21,601 nucleotides of DNA. Origin: Candidatus Altiarchaeota archaeon (GTDB lineage Archaea; Altiarchaeota; Altiarchaeia; IMC4; QMZM01). The position numbers were made by a program, and so were the translations under genes. The DNA is taken from the NCBI GenBank assembly GCA_038891095.1, contig JAWAEV010000009.1, forward strand, positions 1 through 21,601, written 5' to 3'. Shown here one piece after another: positions 1 to 9,105 of the stretch. Under the pieces are notes generated by a model. It had not been told where the DNA came from. It did not search any database and was given only the letters and a program-made list of their open reading frames with translations. The first letter of the stretch is position 1. Every line of letters starts with the position of its first letter.

Positions 1-3000
1 GAAGGAAAGGAGAGAACCTTTTGAGATATCACTAAAAGAATTAGGAGAGAGACTTGCATTTGATGTTCATAAGGAGATAGAAGCTATAAGGGATAAAGAT
101 AGGAAAGAGTTCCCTCGTGCAACCCCAAGATTGATAAGTATAATTCAAATTGGTGTAGGTAAAGGTAGAAGTTTAAATGAGCTGTCTGAAATTTCAGATG
201 AGTATGTTGAAATTTTAGGAATAGGTGCAAGGAGATCTGAGGAATGGAAAACAAAAACTGTAGAGAGATCCTATATGCATTACCCAAGAGGAAATTGGCA
301 GGAACCATATGAGGTGAAATATACCGAATATCTATTGAATTGGAAAGTAGCAAGTATAAGAAAACTCATAAAAAAGGTATCTCATAGCCATTATGACTTT
401 GTTCTTGCAGATTTGTCGGATTATCCAGCTTCGTTAATAAATGAAATTTTGAATACTCTACATGTTATTGCCAAGCCACATGCTAAAATAGTAGTTGCAT
501 TATCAGAAAATGCATTAAAAGCAATTAAAGTTGATTCTGAAAAAATTAGATTAATAAGGCAAATTAGCAGTGGTGAAGGGATAATTGCACTACATTTTGA
601 AAATAGTAATAGAGCAGATTATAGAAACTCTGCAGCTAGGATCTATAAAGGAGTTAGAAATAATTTTGGTAGAAAACATGGTCAGATATATGAATACATT
701 GCAACACCGCTAAGTGAAGTTCAAGAAAGACTTGGATTTAATTTGTTAGAGGAGTTAAACTCATTAATTAATGATGCAGAAAAAACTGGAAGAGAAAAAC
801 CAAAAATATTGGATGTTGGTGCTGGCAATGGCGTAGCAATAATACAACTTGCTGAGAAGTCAAATTATAGAGCAGAATATTATGCTCTTGACATAAAAAG
901 ATGGCCAGGATGGACCAACACTAAAATTCATTGGAAAATAGGTCCTATGGAAGAACTTTCAAGGCTTTATAAAGATATAAAATTTGATTTGATCTACTCA
1001 CATTTTGGAATTTACAATAGTATTGATATAGAAAAAACAATTCAAGAGACTTATAAAATTTTGAATTATGGCGGAACACTTGTGACAAATTTAAAATTAA
1101 GTGGCTCAATATTTTCTGAAAAAATTTCTGAAATTAAAGAACTTCTCGGACCATTTGCAGAAGAGGCAGAGATTGAATATAAGCAAGTTAACGGAAGAGA
1201 TATTATAACAATAAAAAAGCCATATGAAAATCTAAAAAATTCATTTTCTGCTATCTATCAAAATGAATTTAAAGACGAGCAACTATCCACAAAAAAACTT
1301 GAGATAAAACTTAAACATAAGGAAAGACAAATTGCAGAACTAAATGAAAAATTAAGGGAAATTTCTAACATTAGACGCACCAAGCATGATACCCTAATCC
1401 CAAGACAAAAAAGAAGTTTGCAGAGATCTATAGGAAAGCTCAAAGAAGAAATTAACGAAATTAAACTAAAAATTTTAGAGATTAAAACTTCTGAGGTAAT
1501 TGCTTCTCATGAAGAGGTTAATTACAATGAAATTATCCATAAATCTGCAAAATTTGTAAATTTCAATGAACTCCACACTGACATTTCTCCAAAAAGAGAA
1601 ATTGCTATGAGTATGGCATTGTTTAGAGAATTAGGTTTTACTGATATTGCAATGGAAATTTTCAGAAAGGATGCTAATACTCAGAAGTTATTGGATGTAT
1701 ATTTTGCAGAAGAGAATCCCAATAAAATTAATGAATATGAATTTGAGATACTAAGAAAAATTTATGAGAAACTTGATGCTAGATGGTTAAAAGAAAATCC
1801 ATCTTTAGCTTATGAATATCTTGCTGTTGTTAAAGCTGCTAAAGAAAATGGCATAATGATAAGAGCAATTGATGTTCCTGCTGGTTATGAAAACTTAGAC
1901 AGAGATAAATTTATGGCTGACACTATAATTGAAATACTCCAAGAAGATGAAAGCAGAAGAGTTTTAGGATTGACAGGATATGCACATGGACATGAAAAAA
2001 GCTATTACTTTTATCCCGATTTTGAATTTGGAGAGCGTGCTTCTAGCTTTAGGATTAGTATGAGAACTTTACTTAATAAGAGAGGCATAGAGAGCGTATA
2101 CATTGATATAATGGAGAATGAGCCTAAATTAAACATACCTACTAATGCACTTGGCTTAGGAGAGTTATATGCTCCAAGCTCTTATTATAGATACCTCCTA
2201 TATCAGGCAGTTCTTAAAGCTAAATTGCAAAATAAAAGGTTTATGATTAATATGATAAATTTTCCAGAACTAAATTTGCAATGGGTTGTTTTCAGTCCAA
2301 GAGAATTTGTAGAGAGATTAACATTCCAATATGTTCCTAAAATTGAAAAATTAGAAGGAACCGGATTTAACTCATTTAGCTCAATTCACAAAGAGGATGA
2401 CAAAGAAAGAATATTTGAAACTCCTGATGGGACAAAGGTTTCAGAGAAAAATTATCAAGATGAAGAAGAAACCCCTAAAGAAAGAACAAAAAGATTAAGA
2501 GAGATAGCAAAATATTATTATCAGAGTCTGCTTAAGACACATACCGTTGTTCCAATAGGAAGTGTTTTTCATGGTGGTAGAGCAAGGGATAGCTTAGCTA
2601 TTTTTGAATATCCTGGAAGTACAAAAAAGGAAAGTGATATTGATATAATAACTATCTCTTATGAGGATGCAAAAACAGAAAGAGTTGATATAACCGACGC
2701 TACTGGTGTTGAGATAACAATTATAAAATTTCCATTTAGTGAGTTCTATAAAATTTTTTCACCAAAAGTTGGATATATAACAGAACTCCCTCTGGCCATA
2801 AACCCTATTTTTATCCAAGGGAAAAATTCTGATCTCGTGAAAAAAATTTTAGAAGAGGCGAATATACAAAATACTAAGATAGCTTTAGAGAGATATCTTT
2901 ATGAAAAAAATTCAAGAGAGGTTAGACCAATTGATTTAACAGACATAATAATGCGAAAACTTATGCCTTTGTCTTTTAGAATAATTTCTCCTGAATCTTA

Positions 3001-3754
3001 CTCAAGAGTAAATTTTATTAGGCAAATTTCAAACAATGTGGAGAATGCTCTTGAGAATGGCAATCTTGCTAAGAGAATTGGCAACAAGCCAGAAAAATTT
3101 ACTTCTTTATCAAAATTTATAATAAATGAAAACATTAAACCAAAACCTCATAGATTTCAACAACTGAAAAGCGATTATAATTTATTCTTTGGAAGAGGTT
3201 GGTTTTGGGATGGTAGAGCATTAAAGATAATCAGGATTGCCTTTAAACTAAATAAAAAATTTTATTGGATTAAAATTCCATTTAAAATTTCAAAGAAATT
3301 TGCCATATATGGAATAAAAATCATAAAATCAAAATTTACTAAATTCAAGAAGGAATTTAAGAATAGAATAAAAACTAAAAAAGCTCAGCAAATAAATCGT
3401 GGTTTAGAAATTTCACAAGAAAGTATAGAAATAGATTACCATCCAAGAAAGAATTCCTTAACTCTCTACTTTAATGTAGAAAATGTCGGCGAAAGTACAA
3501 TAAAGAAATTTTCAGCTGAGATAAGTTTTTCAGGCACAAAATATTCAACTATAATTGAAATTGAAAATATAAATTTAAAGAGGGGGCAATTTGCATTCAT
3601 AAATATTGAAATAGAAGACGAATTTCTGATCAAAAGATTTAGGGGCGGGGACTTTATTTCAGGAAGCATAAAAATAGTTTGTTTTGAGGATAAATATGGC
3701 AAAGTAGAAGACGCGAATGAACAGAGTTTTACTCGTTTTCCAGAAAGCATTTAA
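1..3754 (+). CDS. 3' part of a large multidomain protein (pseudo-MTase, class I SAM MTase, coiled coil, TIKI/ChaN/EreA-like domain, nucleotidyltransferase, Ig/CARDB-like C-terminus); 5' truncated by the window
   Basis: The frame is open from base 2 (KERREPFEISLKELGERLAF...) with no stop before the TTG at 131, so the true start is probably upstream. Motifs: ILDVGAGNG (806-832); NELH...IAME...RDKFMA...GYAH (1565-1987); FHGGRAR...SDIDI (2567-2647); LTLYFNVENVG near the C-terminus. Confidence 0.85.
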   Translation, partial: KERREPFEISLKELGERLAFDVHKEIEAIRDKDRKEFPRATPRLISIIQIGVGKGRSLNELSEISDEYVEILGIGARRSEEWKTKTVERSYMHYPRGNWQEPYEVKYTEYLLNWKVASIRKLIKKVSHSHYDFVLADLSDYPASLINEILNTLHVIAKPHAKIVVALSENALKAIKVDSEKIRLIRQISSGEGIIALHFENSNRADYRNSAARIYKGVRNNFGRKHGQIYEYIATPLSEVQERLGFNLLEELNSLINDAEKTGREKPKILDVGAGNGVAIIQLAEKSNYRAEYYALDIKRWPGWTNTKIHWKIGPMEELSRLYKDIKFDLIYSHFGIYNSIDIEKTIQETYKILNYGGTLVTNLKLSGSIFSEKISEIKELLGPFAEEAEIEYKQVNGRDIITIKKPYENLKNSFSAIYQNEFKDEQLSTKKLEIKLKHKERQIAELNEKLREISNIRRTKHDTLIPRQKRSLQRSIGKLKEEINEIKLKILEIKTSEVIASHEEVNYNEIIHKSAKFVNFNELHTDISPKREIAMSMALFRELGFTDIAMEIFRKDANTQKLLDVYFAEENPNKINEYEFEILRKIYEKLDARWLKENPSLAYEYLAVVKAAKENGIMIRAIDVPAGYENLDRDKFMADTIIEILQEDESRRVLGLTGYAHGHEKSYYFYPDFEFGERASSFRISMRTLLNKRGIESVYIDIMENEPKLNIPTNALGLGELYAPSSYYRYLLYQAVLKAKLQNKRFMINMINFPELNLQWVVFSPREFVERLTFQYVPKIEKLEGTGFNSFSSIHKEDDKERIFETPDGTKVSEKNYQDEEETPKERTKRLREIAKYYYQSLLKTHTVVPIGSVFHGGRARDSLAIFEYPGSTKKESDIDIITISYEDAKTERVDITDATGVEITIIKFPFSEFYKIFSPKVGYITELPLAINPIFIQGKNSDLVKKILEEANIQNTKIALERYLYEKNSREVRPIDLTDIIMRKLMPLSFRIISPESYSRVNFIRQISNNVENALENGNLAKRIGNKPEKFTSLSKFIINENIKPKPHRFQQLKSDYNLFFGRGWFWDGRALKIIRIAFKLNKKFYWIKIPFKISKKFAIYGIKIIKSKFTKFKKEFKNRIKTKKAQQINRGLEISQESIEIDYHPRKNSLTLYFNVENVGESTIKKFSAEISFSGTKYSTIIEIENINLKRGQFAFINIEIEDEFLIKRFRGGDFISGSIKIVCFEDKYGKVEDANEQSFTRFPESI

Positions 3755-4395
3755 ATTTTTATGGTTTCGCTAACATTCATAATTTTTACTTTTGTCTCTA
3801 AGTTTAGCATTTCAACTTTCTTTTTGAAATTTTCAGCATCTTCCAAAGAACCAACAATTTTAGCATAATGCATTGGCACAACAATTTCTGGTTTTATAAT
3901 TTTTACAGCTTCTGCTGCCTCTGAGAAATTCATCGTGTAAGTCCCGCCAATAGGGAGCAATGCTAAATTTATTTTCTTTTCAGCAAGTTCATTCATCTCT
4001 GGGATTAGGTCAGTATCGCCAGCATGATAAACCTTTTTGTTTTCTGCTTCAACAATGAAGCCAACTCCAAAATTTTTTTTATGGAATGGTTTTCTCATAT
4101 TGTAAGCAGGAACTGCACTTATTTTTATATCTCCTAAAGAAAGAGTTTCTCCTTCCTTTATAGATTTCAAATTTCCAGAAAGTTTTTTCGAAGTAATTTC
4201 ATTCGCAATAATTACTGTTTCTTTTGTTTTAATTTTCTTTATGGCTTCATTATCACAATGGTCATAATGCTCATGCGTCACAAGAATAATATCTGCTGTT
4301 TTAAAGTCAAGTGGCAATTCATAAGGATCTAAAAATATTCTCTTCCCAAGAGTTTCTATTTCAAATGCTGCATGTCCATGCCATCTAACTTCCAT
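3751..4395 (-). CDS. MBL-fold metallo-hydrolase (UPF0173/UlaG-like)
   Basis: WHGHAAF, DPY, THEHYDH, YHAGDT, LPIGG and PMHY motifs. Confidence 0.9.
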   Translation of the reverse strand: MEVRWHGHAAFEIETLGKRIFLDPYELPLDFKTADIILVTHEHYDHCDNEAIKKIKTKETVIIANEITSKKLSGNLKSIKEGETLSLGDIKISAVPAYNMRKPFHKKNFGVGFIVEAENKKVYHAGDTDLIPEMNELAEKKINLALLPIGGTYTMNFSEAAEAVKIIKPEIVVPMHYAKIVGSLEDAENFKKKVEMLNLETKVKIMNVSETIKI

Positions 4396-4452
4396 TTTTA
4401 TTTGTTTTTACTTTTTGTATGATATTAATAATAAGTCTAAATTTATATAAAA

Positions 4453-7281
4453 ATGTCTTTTTATGAAGTTTCTCTTTTCAAAGAAAAAAATTTTATCAGA
4501 AATAAATGCAATAAATGTGGAAGATTTTTCTGGAGTTTATCAGAGAAAGAAATTTGTGGTGAACCGCCTTGTAGTGAGTACTCCTTTATAGGGCACTCAG
4601 TAATGAAAAAAAAGTTAAATCTTCATGACATGAGAGAAGAATTTTTAAATTTTTTTGAGAAAAGAAATCACAAAAGGATTGCTCGATATCCTGTTGTTGC
4701 CCGTTGGCGGGATGACATTTTTTTCACAATTGCATCAATTTCATGTTTTCAGCCATGGGTTTTAAATAGAACTATTGAACCACCTGCAAACCCTCTTGTT
4801 ATGAGTCAGCCGTCTCTTAGGTTTAATGATATTGATAATGTAGGAAAAACAGGAAGACATTTGACACTTTTTGAAATGATGGCTCATCATGCTTTCAACA
4901 CAAAAGAAAATTTTATATATTTTAATGACAAAACAGTTGAGTTATGTCATGAATTTCTCTGTTCCTTAGGAATTCCTGAAGAAGATATTAACTATATGGA
5001 ATCAGAGTGGTCTGGTGGTGGTAATTCTGGACCTTGTTTCGAGGTAATAATTCGCGGCTTAGAAGTTGCAACTCTTGTATTTATGGTCTATGAAGATTTA
5101 CCAACTGGAAAAAAAGAGCTTGATATGCAAGTTGTTGATACAGGTTATGGGCTTGAGAGATTCACATGGCTCTCACTTGCATTACCAAATGTCTATGAGT
5201 CAATCTTTAAGGAAGTTTTAGAGAAACTAAAAAAAGAGGCAAAAATTTCAACTGATGAAAAAATTTTAGCAGAATACTCAAAATTAGCAGGGACAATGGA
5301 TATTGGTAGTAATCTAAAGCTAAAGGAACTTAGAAGAATAGCTGCAGAAAGACTTAAAATTTCTGTTGAAGAACTCACAAGCTATATAAACCCATTAGAA
5401 AATTTGTATGCAATTTGTGATCACACAAGAGCATTAGTTTTCATGCTAAATGATGGAATTATACCTTCAAATGTCAAGGGAGGATATTTCGCTAGGTTGC
5501 TTGCTAGAAGAACTTTAAGATCTATTAAATTTCTAAATCTAAAAATTTCCTTAGGAGAAATCTTAGAATTGCAAATAGAGTCTCTTAAGAGTAACTTCCC
5601 TGTTTTTAAAGAAAATAAAGATGATATACTAAGAATAATTTCTGTTGAAGAAAAAAAATATAGGAACACAGTTAATAAGGGAAGAGCAATTGTCTGTGAA
5701 TTAGAAAAAAAATGTGAAAAGGAAAATAGAAAAATAAATATTGAAGATCTTATAAAGCTTTATGATACATATGGCTTAACCCCTGAATTAGTTAAGGATT
5801 TTCTAAATAAATCTGATTTGGAAATTCCAGATGATTTTTATATACAAGTTTCAAAAAAACATGAAAAACCAGAGGAAATCGAATTTAAAGAGAAAAAGTT
5901 ACCTTTGCCAGATGAAATTTTACGAATAGCAGAAACTAAGTTAGGTTTTTATGAAGATGTAGAAGTTAGAAAATTCAAAGCAAAAGTTTTGGCGAAATTT
6001 GACAATTTTGTAATTTTAGATAAAACCTACTTCTATGCTGAAAGTGGCGGTCAAGAGGCAGATCATGGAAAAATTTCTGGTTTAGAGGTAATAGACACGA
6101 AAAAAGAGGGAAATATAATTTTACATAAAATTAAGGCAGGTATAGAAAAGCTTAAAGTAGGACAAGAAGTTGAATGCGAAATAAATTGGCAGAGAAGATT
6201 GCAATTGATGCAACATCATACTTCTGCACATATAATTAATGGTGCTGCAAGAAGAGTTTTAGGTAAACATGTATTTCAAGCAGGAGCTCATAAAAGTGAG
6301 AAGTTAGGTAGATTAGATATAACACACTATGAAAGTCTTAGCGAAGAGGAGTTGAAAAAAATTGAGGAACTTGCAAACAAAGTTGTAAATGAAAAGAGAG
6401 AAATTGAAATAAAATTTATGCCAAGAAATGAAGCTGAAGAGAAATTTGGTTTTAATATATATCAAGGTGGTGCAGTTCCTGGAAGGATAATAAGAGTTGT
6501 CAATATAAAAGATTGGGATGTTGAGGCTTGTGGCGGAACTCATTTTAATAACACAGGGAAAGTTGGCAAAATAAAATTGCTTAGAGCTAAAAGAATTCAA
6601 GATGGTGTCGTGAGATTAGAATTTAAAAGCGGTAGAGCACTTAGCAAGTATAGCGATGAAATTTCAGAAATTTGTAAAGAAATTTCAACTGAAGAAATTT
6701 CTGAGGAAGAATTAAAGAAAATTGCTAATGTTTTTTCTGTTTCAATAGATAAAGTTTCAAAAACAATAGAAAGATTCCAATATGAGCTGATAAGTAGAGA
6801 AAAAGTTATAGAAATGCTAAAAAATGAAATAATTTCACATGGAGGCAAAATTACTGAAAGAAAAATACAAAAAGAAATTTGTGTTCGCTCTTCAGAGGAT
6901 GCAGAAAAATTATTTAAAGAGTGGAAATCTCAATCAAAGTATATTGAAAAATTAAGTGAACAGTTAGTTGGAATTTTAAATGTTGAATTAAAAAAATACA
7001 GAGGCAAAACTATAAAGAAATTAATATCTGGTCTAGAGACAAATTATCTAATGAAAATTGCAAAGTCTTTGCCTGAGGTGGAATGTTTAATAATGATTAG
7101 TAATACCGAAGATAAAGTTAATTTCGTTGTGAGTTCAAATAGCAAGAAATTGAATGCACTTGAAATTGCAAAAGATATAGCAAAGAAATTAAATGGTGGC
7201 TGCCACGGAAATGAAAATTTCGCTGTTGGTGGCGGTTATTCTAAGGATGCAAAAAAAATTTTTGAATCAATAAAAATATGA
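4453..7281 (+). CDS. alaS: Alanine--tRNA ligase, archaeal type
   Basis: N-terminal CxxC...C..PC Zn motif, RYPVVARWRDD, VGKTGRHLTLFEMMAHH, VDTGYGLER, editing motifs HHTSAH and ACGGTH, C-terminal GGCHG C-Ala domain. Confidence 0.97.
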   Translation: MSFYEVSLFKEKNFIRNKCNKCGRFFWSLSEKEICGEPPCSEYSFIGHSVMKKKLNLHDMREEFLNFFEKRNHKRIARYPVVARWRDDIFFTIASISCFQPWVLNRTIEPPANPLVMSQPSLRFNDIDNVGKTGRHLTLFEMMAHHAFNTKENFIYFNDKTVELCHEFLCSLGIPEEDINYMESEWSGGGNSGPCFEVIIRGLEVATLVFMVYEDLPTGKKELDMQVVDTGYGLERFTWLSLALPNVYESIFKEVLEKLKKEAKISTDEKILAEYSKLAGTMDIGSNLKLKELRRIAAERLKISVEELTSYINPLENLYAICDHTRALVFMLNDGIIPSNVKGGYFARLLARRTLRSIKFLNLKISLGEILELQIESLKSNFPVFKENKDDILRIISVEEKKYRNTVNKGRAIVCELEKKCEKENRKINIEDLIKLYDTYGLTPELVKDFLNKSDLEIPDDFYIQVSKKHEKPEEIEFKEKKLPLPDEILRIAETKLGFYEDVEVRKFKAKVLAKFDNFVILDKTYFYAESGGQEADHGKISGLEVIDTKKEGNIILHKIKAGIEKLKVGQEVECEINWQRRLQLMQHHTSAHIINGAARRVLGKHVFQAGAHKSEKLGRLDITHYESLSEEELKKIEELANKVVNEKREIEIKFMPRNEAEEKFGFNIYQGGAVPGRIIRVVNIKDWDVEACGGTHFNNTGKVGKIKLLRAKRIQDGVVRLEFKSGRALSKYSDEISEICKEISTEEISEEELKKIANVFSVSIDKVSKTIERFQYELISREKVIEMLKNEIISHGGKITERKIQKEICVRSSEDAEKLFKEWKSQSKYIEKLSEQLVGILNVELKKYRGKTIKKLISGLETNYLMKIAKSLPEVECLIMISNTEDKVNFVVSSNSKKLNALEIAKDIAKKLNGGCHGNENFAVGGGYSKDAKKIFESIKI

Positions 7282-8216
7282 TAAGTGATGACTTAGTAAA
7301 AAGGATAAACTGGCAGATTAACTTAAATATTATAGGAAAGCCAGAAAAGTTGTATGAAGCATCGCAATATCTTATAAAACAAGGTGGAAAAAGAATAAGA
7401 CCTTTACTTTGTTTGCTTTCTTGTAAATCTGCAGGTGGAGAAATTGATAAAGCATTAAATACAGCTGTTGCTATTGAGCTTATCCATACATTCACATTAA
7501 TTCACGATGATATAATGGATAAAGATGATCTAAGAAGAGGAGTACCTTCAGTTCATAGAGTTTATGGTGAATCAACTTCAATTTTAGCTGGAGATCTCCT
7601 CTTTGCTAAAGCATTTGAAATTTGTGATCCAAGAGTTAAGGGAATTCTATCTAAGGCAACTGTGGAAATTTGTGAAGGTCAAGAAATGGATCTATCATTT
7701 GAGTTGCGAGATGATGTAAATGTTGATGAATACTTGGAAATGATAAGAAAAAAAACTGCTTCTCTTTTTGAAGCTTCAACTAAGTCTGGAGCAGTGATAG
7801 CAAATGCAGATAAAAAAACAATAGAAGATTTTGCTAATTATGGCAGAAATTTAGGCATGGCTTTTCAGATATATGATGATGTCTTAGACATAATCGGCGA
7901 AGAAGAAAAATTTGGAAAGCCTATTGGTAGTGATATAGAGAGAGGTAAAAAAAGTATAGTTATATTAAAAGCATTAGAAAAACTACCGGAAAAAGAAAGA
8001 GAAAATTTAAAAATTTTTTTAAGAAAAGAAAATTCAAAAAGTGAAATTCAGAAAGCTATAGCTCTGATAAAGAGTTCAAATGCTATAGAAGATTGCAAAG
8101 CTAAAGCAAAATTTTATATAGATGAAGCAAAAAAATCTTTAATTAACATCCCTGGCTCGGATGAAAAAAAATCACTAATTGAAATTGCAGATTTTGTGAT
8201 TAAGAGAGAAAAGTAG
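7278..8216 (+). CDS. idsA: Short-chain polyprenyl diphosphate synthase (type I GGPP synthase)
   Basis: GGKRIRP; FARM HTFTLIHDDIMD with Phe at -5 (archaeal type I chain-length signature); RRG; GQEMDL; KKTA; SARM FQIYDDVLD. ATGA overlap with alaS. Confidence 0.93.
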   Translation: MISDDLVKRINWQINLNIIGKPEKLYEASQYLIKQGGKRIRPLLCLLSCKSAGGEIDKALNTAVAIELIHTFTLIHDDIMDKDDLRRGVPSVHRVYGESTSILAGDLLFAKAFEICDPRVKGILSKATVEICEGQEMDLSFELRDDVNVDEYLEMIRKKTASLFEASTKSGAVIANADKKTIEDFANYGRNLGMAFQIYDDVLDIIGEEEKFGKPIGSDIERGKKSIVILKALEKLPEKERENLKIFLRKENSKSEIQKAIALIKSSNAIEDCKAKAKFYIDEAKKSLINIPGSDEKKSLIEIADFVIKREK

Positions 8217-8250
8217 CTAATTTATTTTATAAAACAAAATTAATAAGGAG

Positions 8251-9105
8251 ATGAAAGCTGTAATTCCAGCAGCAGGTTTGGGCACAAGATTTTTACCTGC
8301 AACAAAAGAGCAGCCAAAGGAAATGCTACCAATTGTTGACAAGCCAGTTATCCATTTTGTTGTAGAAGAAGCAATAAATTCTGGCATTGATGACATTTTG
8401 ATAATAACTGGCAGAGGTAAAAGAGCTATTGAAGATTACTTTGATAAATCTTTCGAGCTTGAATATATGCTTGAAGAACAAGGAAAATTAGAACTTTTAA
8501 AGCAAATTAGAGAGATTTCAGATTTGGTAGATATACATTATGTAAGACAAAAAGAGAGATTAGGTTTAGGACATGCCGTTTTATGTGCAAAAAACCATAT
8601 TGGTGATGAGCCATTTGCAGTTCTCTTAGGTGATACAATTGTTGAGTCGAAAATTCCATGCACAAAGCAATTGATAAATTTTTACAAGAAGTATGAGGCA
8701 AGCATAATTGCAATAGAGGAAGTCCCAAAACATAAAATTCCAAGTTATGGAATAGTTGATGGAAGTAGGATAGAGAATGGTGTATACCTAATAAAAAACC
8801 TAATTGAAAAGCCAAGTATTGAAGAAGCTCCTTCTAATTTAGGAATAATTGGCAGGTATATCCTAACGCCAGAAATTTTTGATATTTTAGAAGAAACTGA
8901 AAGAGGTGTTGGGAATGAAATTCAGATAACAGATGCTCTAAGAACTCTCTGCAAAAAAGAAAAAATTTATGCTTGTGAGTTCTTTGGAAAGAGATATGAC
9001 ATTGGAAATAAATTTGATTATATGGTAGCAAGCATTGAGTATGGGTTAAAACATAAGGAAATTGGTAATAGTCTTAGGGAGTATTTAAAGGGATTAAAAC
9101 TCTAA
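8251..9105 (+). CDS. galU: UTP--glucose-1-phosphate uridylyltransferase
   Basis: KAVIPAAGLGTRFLPATKEQPKEMLPIVDKP, RQKERLGLGHAV, EKP, GRYIL, GNEIQITDA, RYDIG. Confidence 0.95.
   Translation: MKAVIPAAGLGTRFLPATKEQPKEMLPIVDKPVIHFVVEEAINSGIDDILIITGRGKRAIEDYFDKSFELEYMLEEQGKLELLKQIREISDLVDIHYVRQKERLGLGHAVLCAKNHIGDEPFAVLLGDTIVESKIPCTKQLINFYKKYEASIIAIEEVPKHKIPSYGIVDGSRIENGVYLIKNLIEKPSIEEAPSNLGIIGRYILTPEIFDILEETERGVGNEIQITDALRTLCKKEKIYACEFFGKRYDIGNKFDYMVASIEYGLKHKEIGNSLREYLKGLKL

Noticed and set aside
131-133. TTG start proposed by the ORF track for the large ORF
   Set aside because: The frame is open to base 2, and the upstream residues align with the start of the second MTase copy.
2450-3754. CBASS or MNT-HEPN toxin-antitoxin locus around the NTase domain
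   Set aside because: No adjacent Cap effector or HEPN gene is recognisable, and the domain is embedded in a larger protein.
6658-6705. Short GAAATTT(C/G) repeats in alaS (EISEICKEISTEEIS)
   Set aside because: Low-complexity coding helix with irregular spacing; not a CRISPR or other DNA repeat element.
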